DNA of 64,000 nt from Candidatus Altiarchaeota archaeon (lineage in GTDB: Archaea > Altiarchaeota > Altiarchaeia > IMC4 > SCGC-AAA252-I15): NCBI GenBank assembly GCA_043800255.1, contig JAZDNF010000001.1, forward strand, positions 192,001 through 256,000, given 5' to 3'. This document shows, piece after piece, positions 1 through 9,241 of the stretch. Under the pieces are notes generated by a model. That model was not told where the DNA came from. It saw only the letters and a program-made list of their open reading frames with translations, and did no database searches. The position numbers and the translations under genes are program-made. Each line of letters begins with the position of its first letter. The first letter of the stretch is position 1.

Positions 1-51
1 CGCTTCCACCGTTCACTAAACTCACTCATTTTTTAGTGCCTAAGTAATTAT

Positions 52-237
52 CTAAAATTTACAGTATTTATCAAGAATTTTTCTGAAATTTTGTAGAGCT
101 TCATCTTTATCGTTGAAAGGATGTTCATTTGTTGATATTATCCCTCCCTTTTCATCACATTCACAAATATTACCCCCACCCTTCTCACTTTGATAAATAT
201 AAACCATAAATTTTTTTGATTTAAGTTTTTTAGCCAT
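52..237 (-). CDS. small hypothetical protein, third gene of the PRTase-DprA operon
   Basis: 61-aa ORF with ATG 11 nt after the dprA stop, same strand, AT-rich. Confidence 0.55.
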   Translation of the reverse strand: MAKKLKSKKFMVYIYQSEKGGGNICECDEKGGIISTNEHPFNDKDEALQNFRKILDKYCKF

Positions 238-248
238 TTTACATCATC

Positions 249-1163
249 CTATAGTTTTTCTTGTAGAAAAGTTGGTTTTGGTTTATTAATCTCATCTAAT
301 ACTGATCCTATATCCTCTATTTCTTTTACATTGTATTTTTCAACCGCCTCTTTTATCCCAAATATCGGTGTAAATCCTAATTCTAATTTTGGACAAAATA
401 TTGGGATTCCTTGCTGGTGTGCAATTTTTAATTGAGTCATTGAACCTCCACTATTAGTAGTGGTGACAACGAGTATTGCATCAGATATTCCTGACGTAAT
501 CCTGTTCCTAGCAAGTAACGACACTCTACCCCCCCTAAAATCAGGAGGATATTCGCTCAGCAATAAACCTCGCTTACTTATCTCATTAAATAAGTTCTCA
601 TGTTCAAATGGATAGAAATTAAAAAATCCTGAACCAAGAACGCAAATAGTATTACCATCTACTTCTAAGGCCCCTGAATGAGCTTCAAAATCTATGCCCT
701 CCGCACCACCACTCACTATCGTAATCCCTTTTTTTACAAATTCTTGACTTTTCTTGAACGCCCATAACTTGGCATTTGCATCCGATTTTCTACTTCCTAC
801 AATTGCTATTTTCTTTGTATCAAGGAGGTTTAGATTCCCTTTAGTAAATAAAGTCAAAGGTGTATCAGGTAATAACTTGAGTGGAATCGGATATTCTTTT
901 TGATATAATGGAATTATTTTAATATTGTATTCATGGCATTGAACGATAATTTTTTCATATTTTTCAGGAGGGGAATCTTTTAGTTGTATCCATTCTGTCA
1001 CCATATCCGGTTTAAGAATTTTTGTTTTCAACAAGTCGTCTTGAGATGCCAAAAACAATTCGTTTATGTCCGAAAATATATTTAACAATTTTATAATCTT
1101 TTTTGGCCCCAACCCCTTTACGTCTACTAATTTAAACCAATTTATAATTTCATCTTTATCCAT
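249..1163 (-). CDS. dprA: DNA-processing protein DprA (Smf family)
   Basis: N-terminal HhH-like VKGLGPKK; YP..L..LPD.P..LF.KG; IAIVGSR; IVSGGAEGID..AH; RNRITSGIS. Start placed at ATG 1163 (MDKDEII), overlapping the upstream gene's stop. Confidence 0.92.
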   Translation of the reverse strand: MDKDEIINWFKLVDVKGLGPKKIIKLLNIFSDINELFLASQDDLLKTKILKPDMVTEWIQLKDSPPEKYEKIIVQCHEYNIKIIPLYQKEYPIPLKLLPDTPLTLFTKGNLNLLDTKKIAIVGSRKSDANAKLWAFKKSQEFVKKGITIVSGGAEGIDFEAHSGALEVDGNTICVLGSGFFNFYPFEHENLFNEISKRGLLLSEYPPDFRGGRVSLLARNRITSGISDAILVVTTTNSGGSMTQLKIAHQQGIPIFCPKLELGFTPIFGIKEAVEKYNVKEIEDIGSVLDEINKPKPTFLQEKL

Positions 1164-1737
1164 TGTCGTTATCACCTCCAAAGAAATCCGACGAAACATT
1201 AATCCCTAAACAGACGCAAATGGTTTCTGAAACGCCACTTTCTCTTAATACTTTTTTGGCTTCAAGCAATGTCACCCCTGTGACTTTTACATCATCAAGT
1301 AGTAATATTTTTTTAATACCCCCTATTTTTTTAGTTATTTTCATGGAATTATGCACAGCGTCAAATTTTTCACATGCAGGCTTACATTTTGATTCATCAG
1401 TTTTTATTCTCTCAATAATGTTTTCGAATGGCACATTCAGATAAGTTGACAACTTTACTCCTAATGAAGATAATGTCGGGGAAACTCTTCCTCTCGCATG
1501 AGATGGTATTGTCGTGATTAGATCCAGATTTTCTAACTTACCTAATCCCCCTAGGTTATCGATTACTTGTTTAATTGGTTCAAAAAAATAATCTGAACAA
1601 TCATTGTGTTTTGAGAGAACAATATTAAAGGAATATTCATCTCGTTTTACGGTTTTGGAGTAATAATGGTGGGGGGCATACACTTCCTCAGAAACTAAAC
1701 CATAGTACTCCTGTTGACGTGCAGTTTCTTGAATCAT
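1156..1737 (-). CDS. ComF-like type I phosphoribosyltransferase
   Basis: PRPP-binding loop KILLLDDVKVTGVTL, IPSH motif, closing V..T.CVCLG strand. Confidence 0.85.
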   Translation of the reverse strand: MIQETARQQEYYGLVSEEVYAPHHYYSKTVKRDEYSFNIVLSKHNDCSDYFFEPIKQVIDNLGGLGKLENLDLITTIPSHARGRVSPTLSSLGVKLSTYLNVPFENIIERIKTDESKCKPACEKFDAVHNSMKITKKIGGIKKILLLDDVKVTGVTLLEAKKVLRESGVSETICVCLGINVSSDFFGGDNDNG

Positions 1738-1965
1738 TTTACTATTAGTATTTTACTATTAGATTTTAACTGTAATGTATATAAACAACATTAGTAAGAT
1801 GGAAAAGTATTATCTTGATGTATTTACCTGATCATTTATAACTTCTTCTATTGCTATCCTGATGTTCCCTCTCTTCATTCCTAGGTGTAAATAAAGAAAG
1901 TAAGAACTATTTGTTGCAAAAAATAGTATTTGTAGCTTTTTATACTATGAATATTAATATATAGT

Positions 1966-3219
1966 ATGGCAATCTCGATAAATCCTTTTAACCCGAGGGA
2001 TCCCTCACCTGCCCCAGAGTTTGTTGGTAGAGCTGAGGAGCTTAAGTTGTTTCAGTACTCGCTAGACATGACTTGCAACCACTCACCAATGTCTATGGCA
2101 ATAATTGGTGGTAGAGGGATAGGTAAAACCTCTCTTCTTGTAAAATTTAATGACATAGCCAAATCGAGGGGTTCGTTGGTAATCCGAGTCAGTCTAATCG
2201 AGCCAGAAATTAAAGACGAGTTTTCAATATCCCAGTACATCTTCTATAATATACGCCAAGAGGCGTACGCACAACTTAAGATTAGAAATACCTCAGAAGA
2301 GGTACTTAATCATCTTTGGGACATCAAACTTACATTAGGCCCACGAAAGACCTCACTAACACAGCAAAATGAAGAGGATACTATGGAGAGGGTATCCATA
2401 ATCCAACCCCGCTTTAGAGATGTACTAAGTGACCTCTGGAGTCACCTGAAATCTCATTTTACATCCATAGTCATTCTTTTAGATGAGGCTGAAGCTTTGG
2501 ATAAAGTGCCAAATTCATTTTTATTTTTAAGAGAGATTTTTTCCCGACTTGGTGAAGAAAAGTACCCTATCATGGTTGTTTTATGTGGTAAACTAGACAT
2601 GTTGGACACTATGGGTGGTGAATTTTCTCCACTCCTCAGGTTTTTCCACCCTAGAAGACTACAAAATTTTAGTTTAGTTGAGTGTGAAGAATTAGTCAAA
2701 CGCAGATTAGAGGCCATCAATCTACGGATTGAGGATGGACTCGTCAAAACAATATATGAACAAACCGAGGGACATCCCTATGTTTTCATTTCTGCAATGC
2801 ATTTAATTATAAAGAACATTAACGATGAAGAAAATATCATTTCCCGAAAACATTATGAGGCAATTATGCCTATACTGATAGAGTACATAATATCTGGATT
2901 TTTTGAAACCCTCTATTCAAATCTTACCCCAAGAGCAAAAATCTTAATCGGAAAAATGGCTATCTTGGAGGGTGAATTATTCAACTTTAAGGATATTGTT
3001 CAGAAAGCTGCGGAGGACAGTAACAAGGTTTCACCATATATCTCTGAGATGGTTAGAAAGGGGTGTATCGAGAGAATTGAACGTGGGAAATACAAATTTT
3101 TCCACCTGCTTTTTAGAGCATATGTAAAGAAACGATATGAAATGCCAAATCACCCAGTAATTAATTTTATCAAACCAAATTCTCAAGAATCGCACACAAC
3201 ATTGCTAGGATGGATGTAG
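1966..3219 (+). CDS. archaeal/STAND-like AAA+ ATPase with C-terminal winged helix
   Basis: NPF..P..FVGR..EL N-terminus, Walker A GGRGIGKT, Walker B ILLDEAE, T.GHP motif, C-terminal wHTH-like segment (ERIERGKYKF). Confidence 0.85.
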   Translation: MAISINPFNPRDPSPAPEFVGRAEELKLFQYSLDMTCNHSPMSMAIIGGRGIGKTSLLVKFNDIAKSRGSLVIRVSLIEPEIKDEFSISQYIFYNIRQEAYAQLKIRNTSEEVLNHLWDIKLTLGPRKTSLTQQNEEDTMERVSIIQPRFRDVLSDLWSHLKSHFTSIVILLDEAEALDKVPNSFLFLREIFSRLGEEKYPIMVVLCGKLDMLDTMGGEFSPLLRFFHPRRLQNFSLVECEELVKRRLEAINLRIEDGLVKTIYEQTEGHPYVFISAMHLIIKNINDEENIISRKHYEAIMPILIEYIISGFFETLYSNLTPRAKILIGKMAILEGELFNFKDIVQKAAEDSNKVSPYISEMVRKGCIERIERGKYKFFHLLFRAYVKKRYEMPNHPVINFIKPNSQESHTTLLGWM

Positions 3220-3232
3220 ATAAATTTCAAAC

Positions 3233-3323
3233 GGCGGGGTGCCATAGCTAGGAAATTGGGACAACCCTAATCAAGTTGTTTATCGCGCCAGCGATTGCTG
3301 GGGTTCAAATCCCCACCCCGCCG
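3233..3323 (+). ncRNA. tRNA-like element (Ser-type body, aberrant 9-nt anticodon loop); pseudo-tRNA or atypical tRNA
   Basis: Acceptor GGCGGGG/CCCCGCC plus G discriminator; D-arm CCA/TGG with GG; ACAAC-CCTAATCAA-GTTGT; variable stem ATCGC/GCGAT; T-arm TGGGG-TTCAAAT-CCCCA; T-run follows. Confidence 0.7.
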
Positions 3324-3468
3324 CATTTTTACTATGATTAAATTCATGATTCAAGATTAATATACTACGATTTTTGTCTTATCCAGCGTTCGATAGCTTG
3401 TTCTATAGCCTTTTCTACCCCCTTTTTTCATACCGAACCTTTCGGCTATCGCTTTTCTGAACTTTTGC

Positions 3469-3669
3469 TCAAGGTCGTCGCTTATGACTACGTTTATTCT
3501 GGTTGTGTTTTTTAATAAATTTTAATAGCCTTTCTTTTGCCGTAAGAATATCATTATTCCTAACAAATGCCACATTATACTCACATACTGAGGTTATTCC
3601 AACTTCATCCGGGCAACCCTTCTCCCAACGGTTTGAATCTCCTTTAAAGACAAATGCAAACAAATCCAT
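3469..3669 (-). CDS. hypothetical protein or gene fragment
   Basis: 66-aa AT-rich ORF, no recognised motif. Confidence 0.3.
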   Translation of the reverse strand: MDLFAFVFKGDSNRWEKGCPDEVGITSVCEYNVAFVRNNDILTAKERLLKFIKKHNQNKRSHKRRP

Positions 3670-3807
3670 GTTTTTAATTTAGAACCAAAATCAAAGTATA
3701 TGTAGTTTTTGTGCAAAATTACTCCCTACACAAAAAGTACGCAAAATCGGCTACTTTATGAGCAAAGCCACCTGACAGGTTTTATTATTCTAGTATAATC
3801 TTATACT

Positions 3808-4185
3808 ATGGTCGAGTGTCCGAGCTGCGGGTACGCCAACTATAGGAAGGACGCCGCCTGCATTAAGTGCGGTTCCAACCTACCTGCGCATGGGAAGTAC
3901 TTTTGCACCAAGTGCGGCGCGGACGTCGGACAGGATGACAAGTTCTGCCCCAACTGCGGGGTCATGCTCTTCGATCCTGGAGACGAGATACTGTGCGGGA
4001 GATGCGGTGCCAGGGTTTCCGGAAACTTCTGCCCGCACTGCGGTTCCCCTGTGGTGGCAGCTGACGTAAAAGTAAGAAAGAAGGACGGCTGGCTTTACAG
4101 GAAGCTGAAGCCCCTGGAACCGATACTGAAACCGATCATCTGGGTTTTCGAGCAGATAACACGGGCCCTCGGCGAGCTATTCTGA
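3808..4185 (+). CDS. multi zinc-ribbon (double zinc ribbon-like) protein
   Basis: Six CxxCG motifs in pairs; amphipathic C-terminal helix. Confidence 0.85.
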   Translation: MVECPSCGYANYRKDAACIKCGSNLPAHGKYFCTKCGADVGQDDKFCPNCGVMLFDPGDEILCGRCGARVSGNFCPHCGSPVVAADVKVRKKDGWLYRKLKPLEPILKPIIWVFEQITRALGELF

Positions 4186-4383
4186 GCAGGGTTTCCTCAA
4201 CTATTCTGCAGTCTTCTCTGCTGTAGGCCGCCACTGTTGCGTGCTTAAGGCTCTTTGGTTTGTACCTTAACAGCTCCTCCAGTATTATCCTCGCGCCCTC
4301 TCTAACTGAGAAGCCTGTGATGCCGCATCCGATGACGTCGGAATCGTCATCTGTTATGTCCCCTGCCTTACAACTACTATCAT
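4170..4383 (-). pseudogene. degenerate macrodomain gene (frameshift plus large internal deletion)
   Basis: Minus strand reads MIVVVRQG, then after a 1-nt shift GDITDDDSDVI, joined directly to GCGITGFSVREGARIILEEL...KHATVAAYSREDCRIVEE. These match the N- and C-terminal macrodomain motifs without the middle; 3' boundary approximate. Confidence 0.65.
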
Positions 4384-5816
4384 CTTCCGGCGGCGTATCC
4401 TACTACTGGGGGATTCTGGCTGTAGTCTCCCTCCTTGTTGGGGGTGACTGCTGTGAATTCGAGGCTGACGTATGCCATCGGCTCCAGTTTATCCAGGATT
4501 GCTGCGCTCTTCTGGTCCATCCTGAATTGGATGTAGCTTCTCGCCTTTATGGGAGCGACTTTGACATCCGTTCGGTCTAAGATGGCATCGTCCCTAAGCC
4601 TTCGTTTTTCGACCCTGATAGTGAAGGTCTTCTCCTCGTGGAGCGTGAATCCGGCCGGCAGGCTGTATTCGAAGGTGATGTTCTCCACAGTCCTGTTTCC
4701 GTATGGGTTCATTATCCTGAACTGTATTGGAACAATCTCGGAGGCGCCTTGCCTGTTCTGCACTGGATAGTCTACGCTGGATACTTGTGAGTACGGGAAG
4801 AGGCTGTTGTCGCTGTAGGCCTCCATTATCCTGCTGTCAGACCATATGTGGTGTCTCCCCAAGTATGGCAGCTCTATGACGCTTTCGTTCTCGAATATCT
4901 GCTCCGGCCAAAGGTCGTTCTCCTGCATCGCGTCAAGGTAGACTTTCACCTTCATAGGATTTACTATCGTTGAGTCTGATTTTGATTTAGACCATATGTC
5001 ATCTCCTGTCATGTTCGAGGGTGGGATGTACTGGACATCTGCGAAGCCGAGTCTGCCGAGCACGACTATGTTCTTGTCGGAAGCGATTCTGGCTCCCGCG
5101 CTGAACGTGTAACCTCCGGTAATCCCGGCGTTGAACGTCTGATTCCAGTCGAATACTCCGTCATTGTCCAAATCCACACTTATGGTGGTTCGGTCTTCAG
5201 GGACTATGAAATTTTTGACGTAATCCGAGGGGATGTTGAACTCTTTTCCGGGCGGCCCCATTATCATGTCCGAATAGACTAAAAACCTGTGCCCTCCGTT
5301 CACCTTCATGAACTTGCCTTCCGGCACAGTGAAGACACTCTCCCCAAGCCGTTCAAGCCTTACCGAACCGTGTATGCTATTCCTGTTCTCAAGGTCCAGG
5401 GTAAGCGTCATGCTCTTGTCCGATATCGCCTTCCAGTCTCCTGGGGATAGGATGTACTCTATCGCCAGCGAGCCTAGAGGCGGGACGGTGTTAAGCTGCC
5501 GCAGTGCTTGGAAGTATTCTATCGGCTTGTTGGATTTTATGAGCGCCCCTCCCGCGGCTCGTGCAGGGTCTAACCTGTCCAAGTCTATGAGGTCTCCGGC
5601 GTTTCCAAGGTATGTTGCATCCCATATGCCATTCCCCTCGTAGTCGAAGCTGACGAGCGTGTTGTTGAACAGTGTCAGGATGCCGCCGAGGCCCGTGTGA
5701 TTCAAGTCTATGAGCGCGTACTCGGTGCCTACCGCATAGAACGGGGATGCTGCTGAGTTTAGGGCAAGCAGGATGCATGCGGCTGTGAGCATCGCCAGCA
5801 GTTCTCCGTGTTTCAT
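4380..5816 (-). CDS. secreted surface protein, beta-rich, with Ca-binding-like loops
   Basis: Signal peptide; DYEGNGIWD and DLDNDGVFD loops; repeated I.S.K.I segments; C-terminal Ig/DUF11-like region. Confidence 0.7.
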   Translation of the reverse strand: MKHGELLAMLTAACILLALNSAASPFYAVGTEYALIDLNHTGLGGILTLFNNTLVSFDYEGNGIWDATYLGNAGDLIDLDRLDPARAAGGALIKSNKPIEYFQALRQLNTVPPLGSLAIEYILSPGDWKAISDKSMTLTLDLENRNSIHGSVRLERLGESVFTVPEGKFMKVNGGHRFLVYSDMIMGPPGKEFNIPSDYVKNFIVPEDRTTISVDLDNDGVFDWNQTFNAGITGGYTFSAGARIASDKNIVVLGRLGFADVQYIPPSNMTGDDIWSKSKSDSTIVNPMKVKVYLDAMQENDLWPEQIFENESVIELPYLGRHHIWSDSRIMEAYSDNSLFPYSQVSSVDYPVQNRQGASEIVPIQFRIMNPYGNRTVENITFEYSLPAGFTLHEEKTFTIRVEKRRLRDDAILDRTDVKVAPIKARSYIQFRMDQKSAAILDKLEPMAYVSLEFTAVTPNKEGDYSQNPPVVGYAAGR

Positions 5817-5817
5817 C

Positions 5818-6318
5818 TCAGTAGTATCTCCTCTGGTACTTGTGCAGTGCTAGAAGCATCAGAACCATGAGTACCATCGGCATTATTATGAAGTTTATGC
5901 CCTGCTTCTTCTTTTTTGGCTCAATCTTTGTGTCATACCTCTTCGGATAAAGCTGATGCAGGTCGCCGTCTATGATGTAAATGTCAGCCCCGAGCATCGC
6001 CTCCCCTTTCGACTCAACTAGGTCATACCGTATGTTCCTGATTTCGCCGCTCTTCATATCCCCCAATGGGAACTGAACGTATGACCTGTTCTGCCCGAGG
6101 AATTCAGCGTAATATTTTTTGTTGCTGCCTGCGTTCAGTCCCAGAGGATAGAAGTCGAGGACTGTGACATTGGATATGTTATCGTAGGCTGTGAGCGTGT
6201 GCTTTACGGTGCCGCCCTCAAGGACAACGTAGTCTTCGAGTATCTTCGTCACATTCGCAGCATGCACGTTTCCCGCAATCGAGAGCATCAGAAAAACGCA
6301 CAACAGACGCCTGCCCAT
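5818..6318 (-). CDS. secreted, C-terminally membrane-anchored Ig/DUF11-like protein
   Basis: Signal peptide, NVTVLDFYP.G motif, C-terminal TM helix with basic tail. Confidence 0.7.
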   Translation of the reverse strand: MGRRLLCVFLMLSIAGNVHAANVTKILEDYVVLEGGTVKHTLTAYDNISNVTVLDFYPLGLNAGSNKKYYAEFLGQNRSYVQFPLGDMKSGEIRNIRYDLVESKGEAMLGADIYIIDGDLHQLYPKRYDTKIEPKKKKQGINFIIMPMVLMVLMLLALHKYQRRYY

Positions 6319-6492
6319 GGATTACTAATTGTCCCTGCTCTAATAAAACCGCAAACGCAAGGTTTTTATAGGCGTTTGCGCATAATATAGTCTTGGGTTG
6401 GGGTTAGGGTTTTTCACCTCTGTATCTATTTCTCTCCCCACCCTCTTTTCACCAAGGTTTTTATAGCATCACGCAACATAGGTTACATCAAA

Positions 6493-6684
6493 ATGGCGTT
6501 TAAGATTGTGCAGGATGTTGACATCTGCATCGGATGCGGCGCATGCGTTGGCGTATGCCCTGACAACTGGGAGATGAACGGCGACAAGGCCAAGCCTATC
6601 AACAAGGAAGTTGATGACGTCGGCTGCAACAGGGAGGCCGAGGAGATCTGCCCTGTCAGGTGCATAAAGATTGAGGAAGTTTAG
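6493..6684 (+). CDS. single-cluster 4Fe-4S ferredoxin
   Basis: CIGCGACVGVCP ... A.E.CPV.CI. Confidence 0.93.
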   Translation: MAFKIVQDVDICIGCGACVGVCPDNWEMNGDKAKPINKEVDDVGCNREAEEICPVRCIKIEEV

Positions 6685-6732
6685 ACTCAGTTTTTTGCCA
6701 GGTTTTTCCGCCCATAGCCTCAACCAAAGAGG

Positions 6733-6750
6733 TTTCGAAAGTTTTATATA
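6733..6750 (+). promoter_or_regulatory. BRE/TATA promoter of the grpE-dnaK-dnaJ operon
   Basis: CGAAAG then TTTTATATA about 45 nt upstream of the grpE ATG; GGGGTGA RBS at 6785-6791. Confidence 0.55.
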
Positions 6751-6792
6751 TACAGTCAAACCAATACTTAATTCCTTTTTCTCAGGGGTGAA

Positions 6793-7353
6793 ATGAGCCG
6801 CAAAAAATCCAAGAGCAGAGCCCCGGCCGGGGGAGAGCACGATAAAAGCCGGGAGGGACTGGAGCATGAGCTCCAGAAGAGTGCTGAGAGGATAGGTCAT
6901 CTCGAGGGTCAGCTTAAGGACAGAGATGAGAAGTTGAAAGCGTACGTTTCAGACATACAGCGGCTTCAGGCTGATTTCGAAAACCACCTTAAGAGGATGG
7001 GGCGAGAGAGGGAGCAACAGGTCAGGCTAGCCAACAGGGAACTGATACTTGAGTTATTGGACGTGGTTGACAACTTCGACAAGGCTGTCGAGCAGTCGAA
7101 GAAGTCAAGCAACAGCGAAACCCTGGTGAAGGGCATCCATGGCATACACCGGCAACTCCACGACATTCTGCGTGCCAAGGGCCTGCAGCCCATAGCTTCC
7201 CTGGGGAAGAAATTCGACGTCAGCCTGCATGAGGCGGTGTCAACCGTAGACTCCGGTGAAGAGGATACCATAGTTGACGAGGTGCAGAGAGGCTACCTCT
7301 TACACTCACAGGTAATCAGGCCAGCCAAGGTCGTTATCTCAAAAAAACAATGA
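6793..7353 (+). CDS. grpE: nucleotide exchange factor GrpE
   Basis: [29 protein letters not shown]...VIRPAKVVI. Confidence 0.96.
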   Translation: MSRKKSKSRAPAGGEHDKSREGLEHELQKSAERIGHLEGQLKDRDEKLKAYVSDIQRLQADFENHLKRMGREREQQVRLANRELILELLDVVDNFDKAVEQSKKSSNSETLVKGIHGIHRQLHDILRAKGLQPIASLGKKFDVSLHEAVSTVDSGEEDTIVDEVQRGYLLHSQVIRPAKVVISKKQ

Positions 7354-7363
7354 AGGTGATCGT

Positions 7364-9238
7364 ATGTCAAAGATTATTGGAATAGACTTGGGAACATCAA
7401 ATTCAGCAGCGGCGGCGATGATAGGAGGCAAGCCGACCATCATACCCAGTGCTGAGGGCTTCAGCCTGGGCGGCAAGGCGTTCCCATCCTATGTCGCATT
7501 CACTAAGGACGGGCAGCGCCTCGTGGGCGAGCCGGCGAGAAGGCAGGCTGCCACGAACCCCGAGCGGACTATCACAGCCATCAAGAGGAAGATGGGCACA
7601 GACCACAAGGTGAAGATAGACAACAAACATTACACTCCGCAGGAGATATCCGCGATGATACTCCAGAAGATAAAAAAGGACTCTGAGGCCTTCCTGGGCG
7701 ATGAGGTCAAGCAGGCAGTCATCACCGTTCCAGCATACTTCAACGACAACCAGAGGACAGCAACCAAAGACGCCGGCAAGATAGCCGGCTTGGAGGTTCT
7801 CAGGATAATAAACGAGCCGACTGCAGCCGCGCTTGCCTACGGATTGGACAAGCAGGAGGAGCTTAAGATAGTCGTACTGGACCTGGGCGGCGGGACATTC
7901 GACGTGACCATAATGGAGATGGGCGACGCAGTCTTCGAGGTAATCTCGACTTCAGGCGACACCCAGCTCGGCGGGCGGGACATGGACGACCGGATTGTGG
8001 ACTACATAGCCAAAGAGTTCCAAGCCAGGGAGGGTGTGGACATCAGCAAGGACATGAAGGCCAGGGTGAGGGTGAACGAAGCCGCCGAGAAGGCTAAGAT
8101 AGAGCTTTCAACGACCCTTGAGACTGGCATAAACCTGCCGTTCATAACCTCCGAAGGAGGCGAGCCACGGCACCTTGACATGACGCTGACAAGGGCGAAG
8201 CTCGAGGAGCTTGTGCAGCCTGTGTTGGACAGGCTTGACAGGCCGATGAGAACCGCATTGTCCGACGCCAAGCTCACGCCGAAGGACGTTGACAAGATAA
8301 TTCTTGTTGGCGGTCCGACGAGGATGCCCATAGTCCAAGAAACCTTCAAGAGGTTCTTCGGCAGGACCCCTGAACGAAGCGTGGACCCGATGGAGTGCGT
8401 TGCGATGGGCGCTGCCATACAAGGCGGGGTTCTTGCAGGAGAGGTCAAGGACATCCTCCTGTTGGATGTCACTCCCCTCAGCCTGGGCATAGAGACGCTG
8501 GGAGGCGTCTTCACGAAATTGACAGAGCGGAACACTACCATCCCCCACAAGAAGAGCCAGATTTTTTCCACGGCAGCTGACAGCCAGACCAGCGTTGAAA
8601 TCCATGTGCTCCAGGGCGAGAGGCCTATGGCAGCCGACAACACCACATTGGGCAAATTCCACCTGGTCGGGATCCTACCGGTTCCCCGGGGAATACCCCA
8701 GATCGAGGTCACCTTCGACATAGACGCGAACGGGATAATGAACGTGTCGGCGAAAGACCTTGGGACAGGCAACGAGCAGAAGATAACCATCACAGCATCA
8801 ACCAAGCTGTCTGAGGATGACATAAACCGGATGGTAAGCGACGCCGAGAAGCATTCAGAGGAGGACAAGAAGCGGAAGGAGTCTGCGGAGGTCAGGAACA
8901 CCGCCGAGTCAATGGCGTATACTACAGAGAAGGCCATAAGCGATTTGGGCGACAAGCTTGACAAGGCCAGGAAGGAGGAGACCGAGAAGAAGCTCGCGGA
9001 GCTGAAGGAGGCCATGAAATCCGACGACGTCGGCAGGATAAAGAAGGCGTCCGATGAGCTTGGCAAGCAGTCTCAAGATTTGTTTGCGAAAGTCTACCAG
9101 GAGGCAACGCAGAAGTACCAGGCGGAGCAGGCTGGGAAGGAAAGGAAGGGGAGCGAAGGCGGTTCCGAGAAAAAAGACGACAACGTCGTCGACGCCGATT
9201 TTGAAGTAGTGGACGACGAGAAAGGCAAGAAGCAATAG
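7364..9238 (+). CDS. dnaK: molecular chaperone DnaK (Hsp70)
   Basis: [39 protein letters not shown]-terminus. Confidence 0.99.
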   Translation: MSKIIGIDLGTSNSAAAAMIGGKPTIIPSAEGFSLGGKAFPSYVAFTKDGQRLVGEPARRQAATNPERTITAIKRKMGTDHKVKIDNKHYTPQEISAMILQKIKKDSEAFLGDEVKQAVITVPAYFNDNQRTATKDAGKIAGLEVLRIINEPTAAALAYGLDKQEELKIVVLDLGGGTFDVTIMEMGDAVFEVISTSGDTQLGGRDMDDRIVDYIAKEFQAREGVDISKDMKARVRVNEAAEKAKIELSTTLETGINLPFITSEGGEPRHLDMTLTRAKLEELVQPVLDRLDRPMRTALSDAKLTPKDVDKIILVGGPTRMPIVQETFKRFFGRTPERSVDPMECVAMGAAIQGGVLAGEVKDILLLDVTPLSLGIETLGGVFTKLTERNTTIPHKKSQIFSTAADSQTSVEIHVLQGERPMAADNTTLGKFHLVGILPVPRGIPQIEVTFDIDANGIMNVSAKDLGTGNEQKITITASTKLSEDDINRMVSDAEKHSEEDKKRKESAEVRNTAESMAYTTEKAISDLGDKLDKARKEETEKKLAELKEAMKSDDVGRIKKASDELGKQSQDLFAKVYQEATQKYQAEQAGKERKGSEGGSEKKDDNVVDADFEVVDDEKGKKQ

Positions 9239-9241
9239 AAC

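Noticed and set aside
3233-3323. Calling the tRNA-like element tRNA-Sec or tRNA-Pyl because the loop contains TCA and CTA
   Set aside because: Neither triplet is centred after U33 in a 7-nt loop; the arm geometry does not match archaeal tRNA-Sec (9/4, long D-stem) or tRNA-Pyl (short variable loop).
6391-6450. G-rich/C-rich tract upstream of ferredoxin as an ncRNA or G-quadruplex
   Set aside because: Only three G runs and weak pairing; no recognisable RNA family.
8002-9066. Long antisense ORFs (e.g. 8002-9066, 34455-35408, 40675-41277, 59770-60399)
   Set aside because: They lie opposite well-supported genes and have the Ser/Leu/Phe-rich composition typical of antisense frames.
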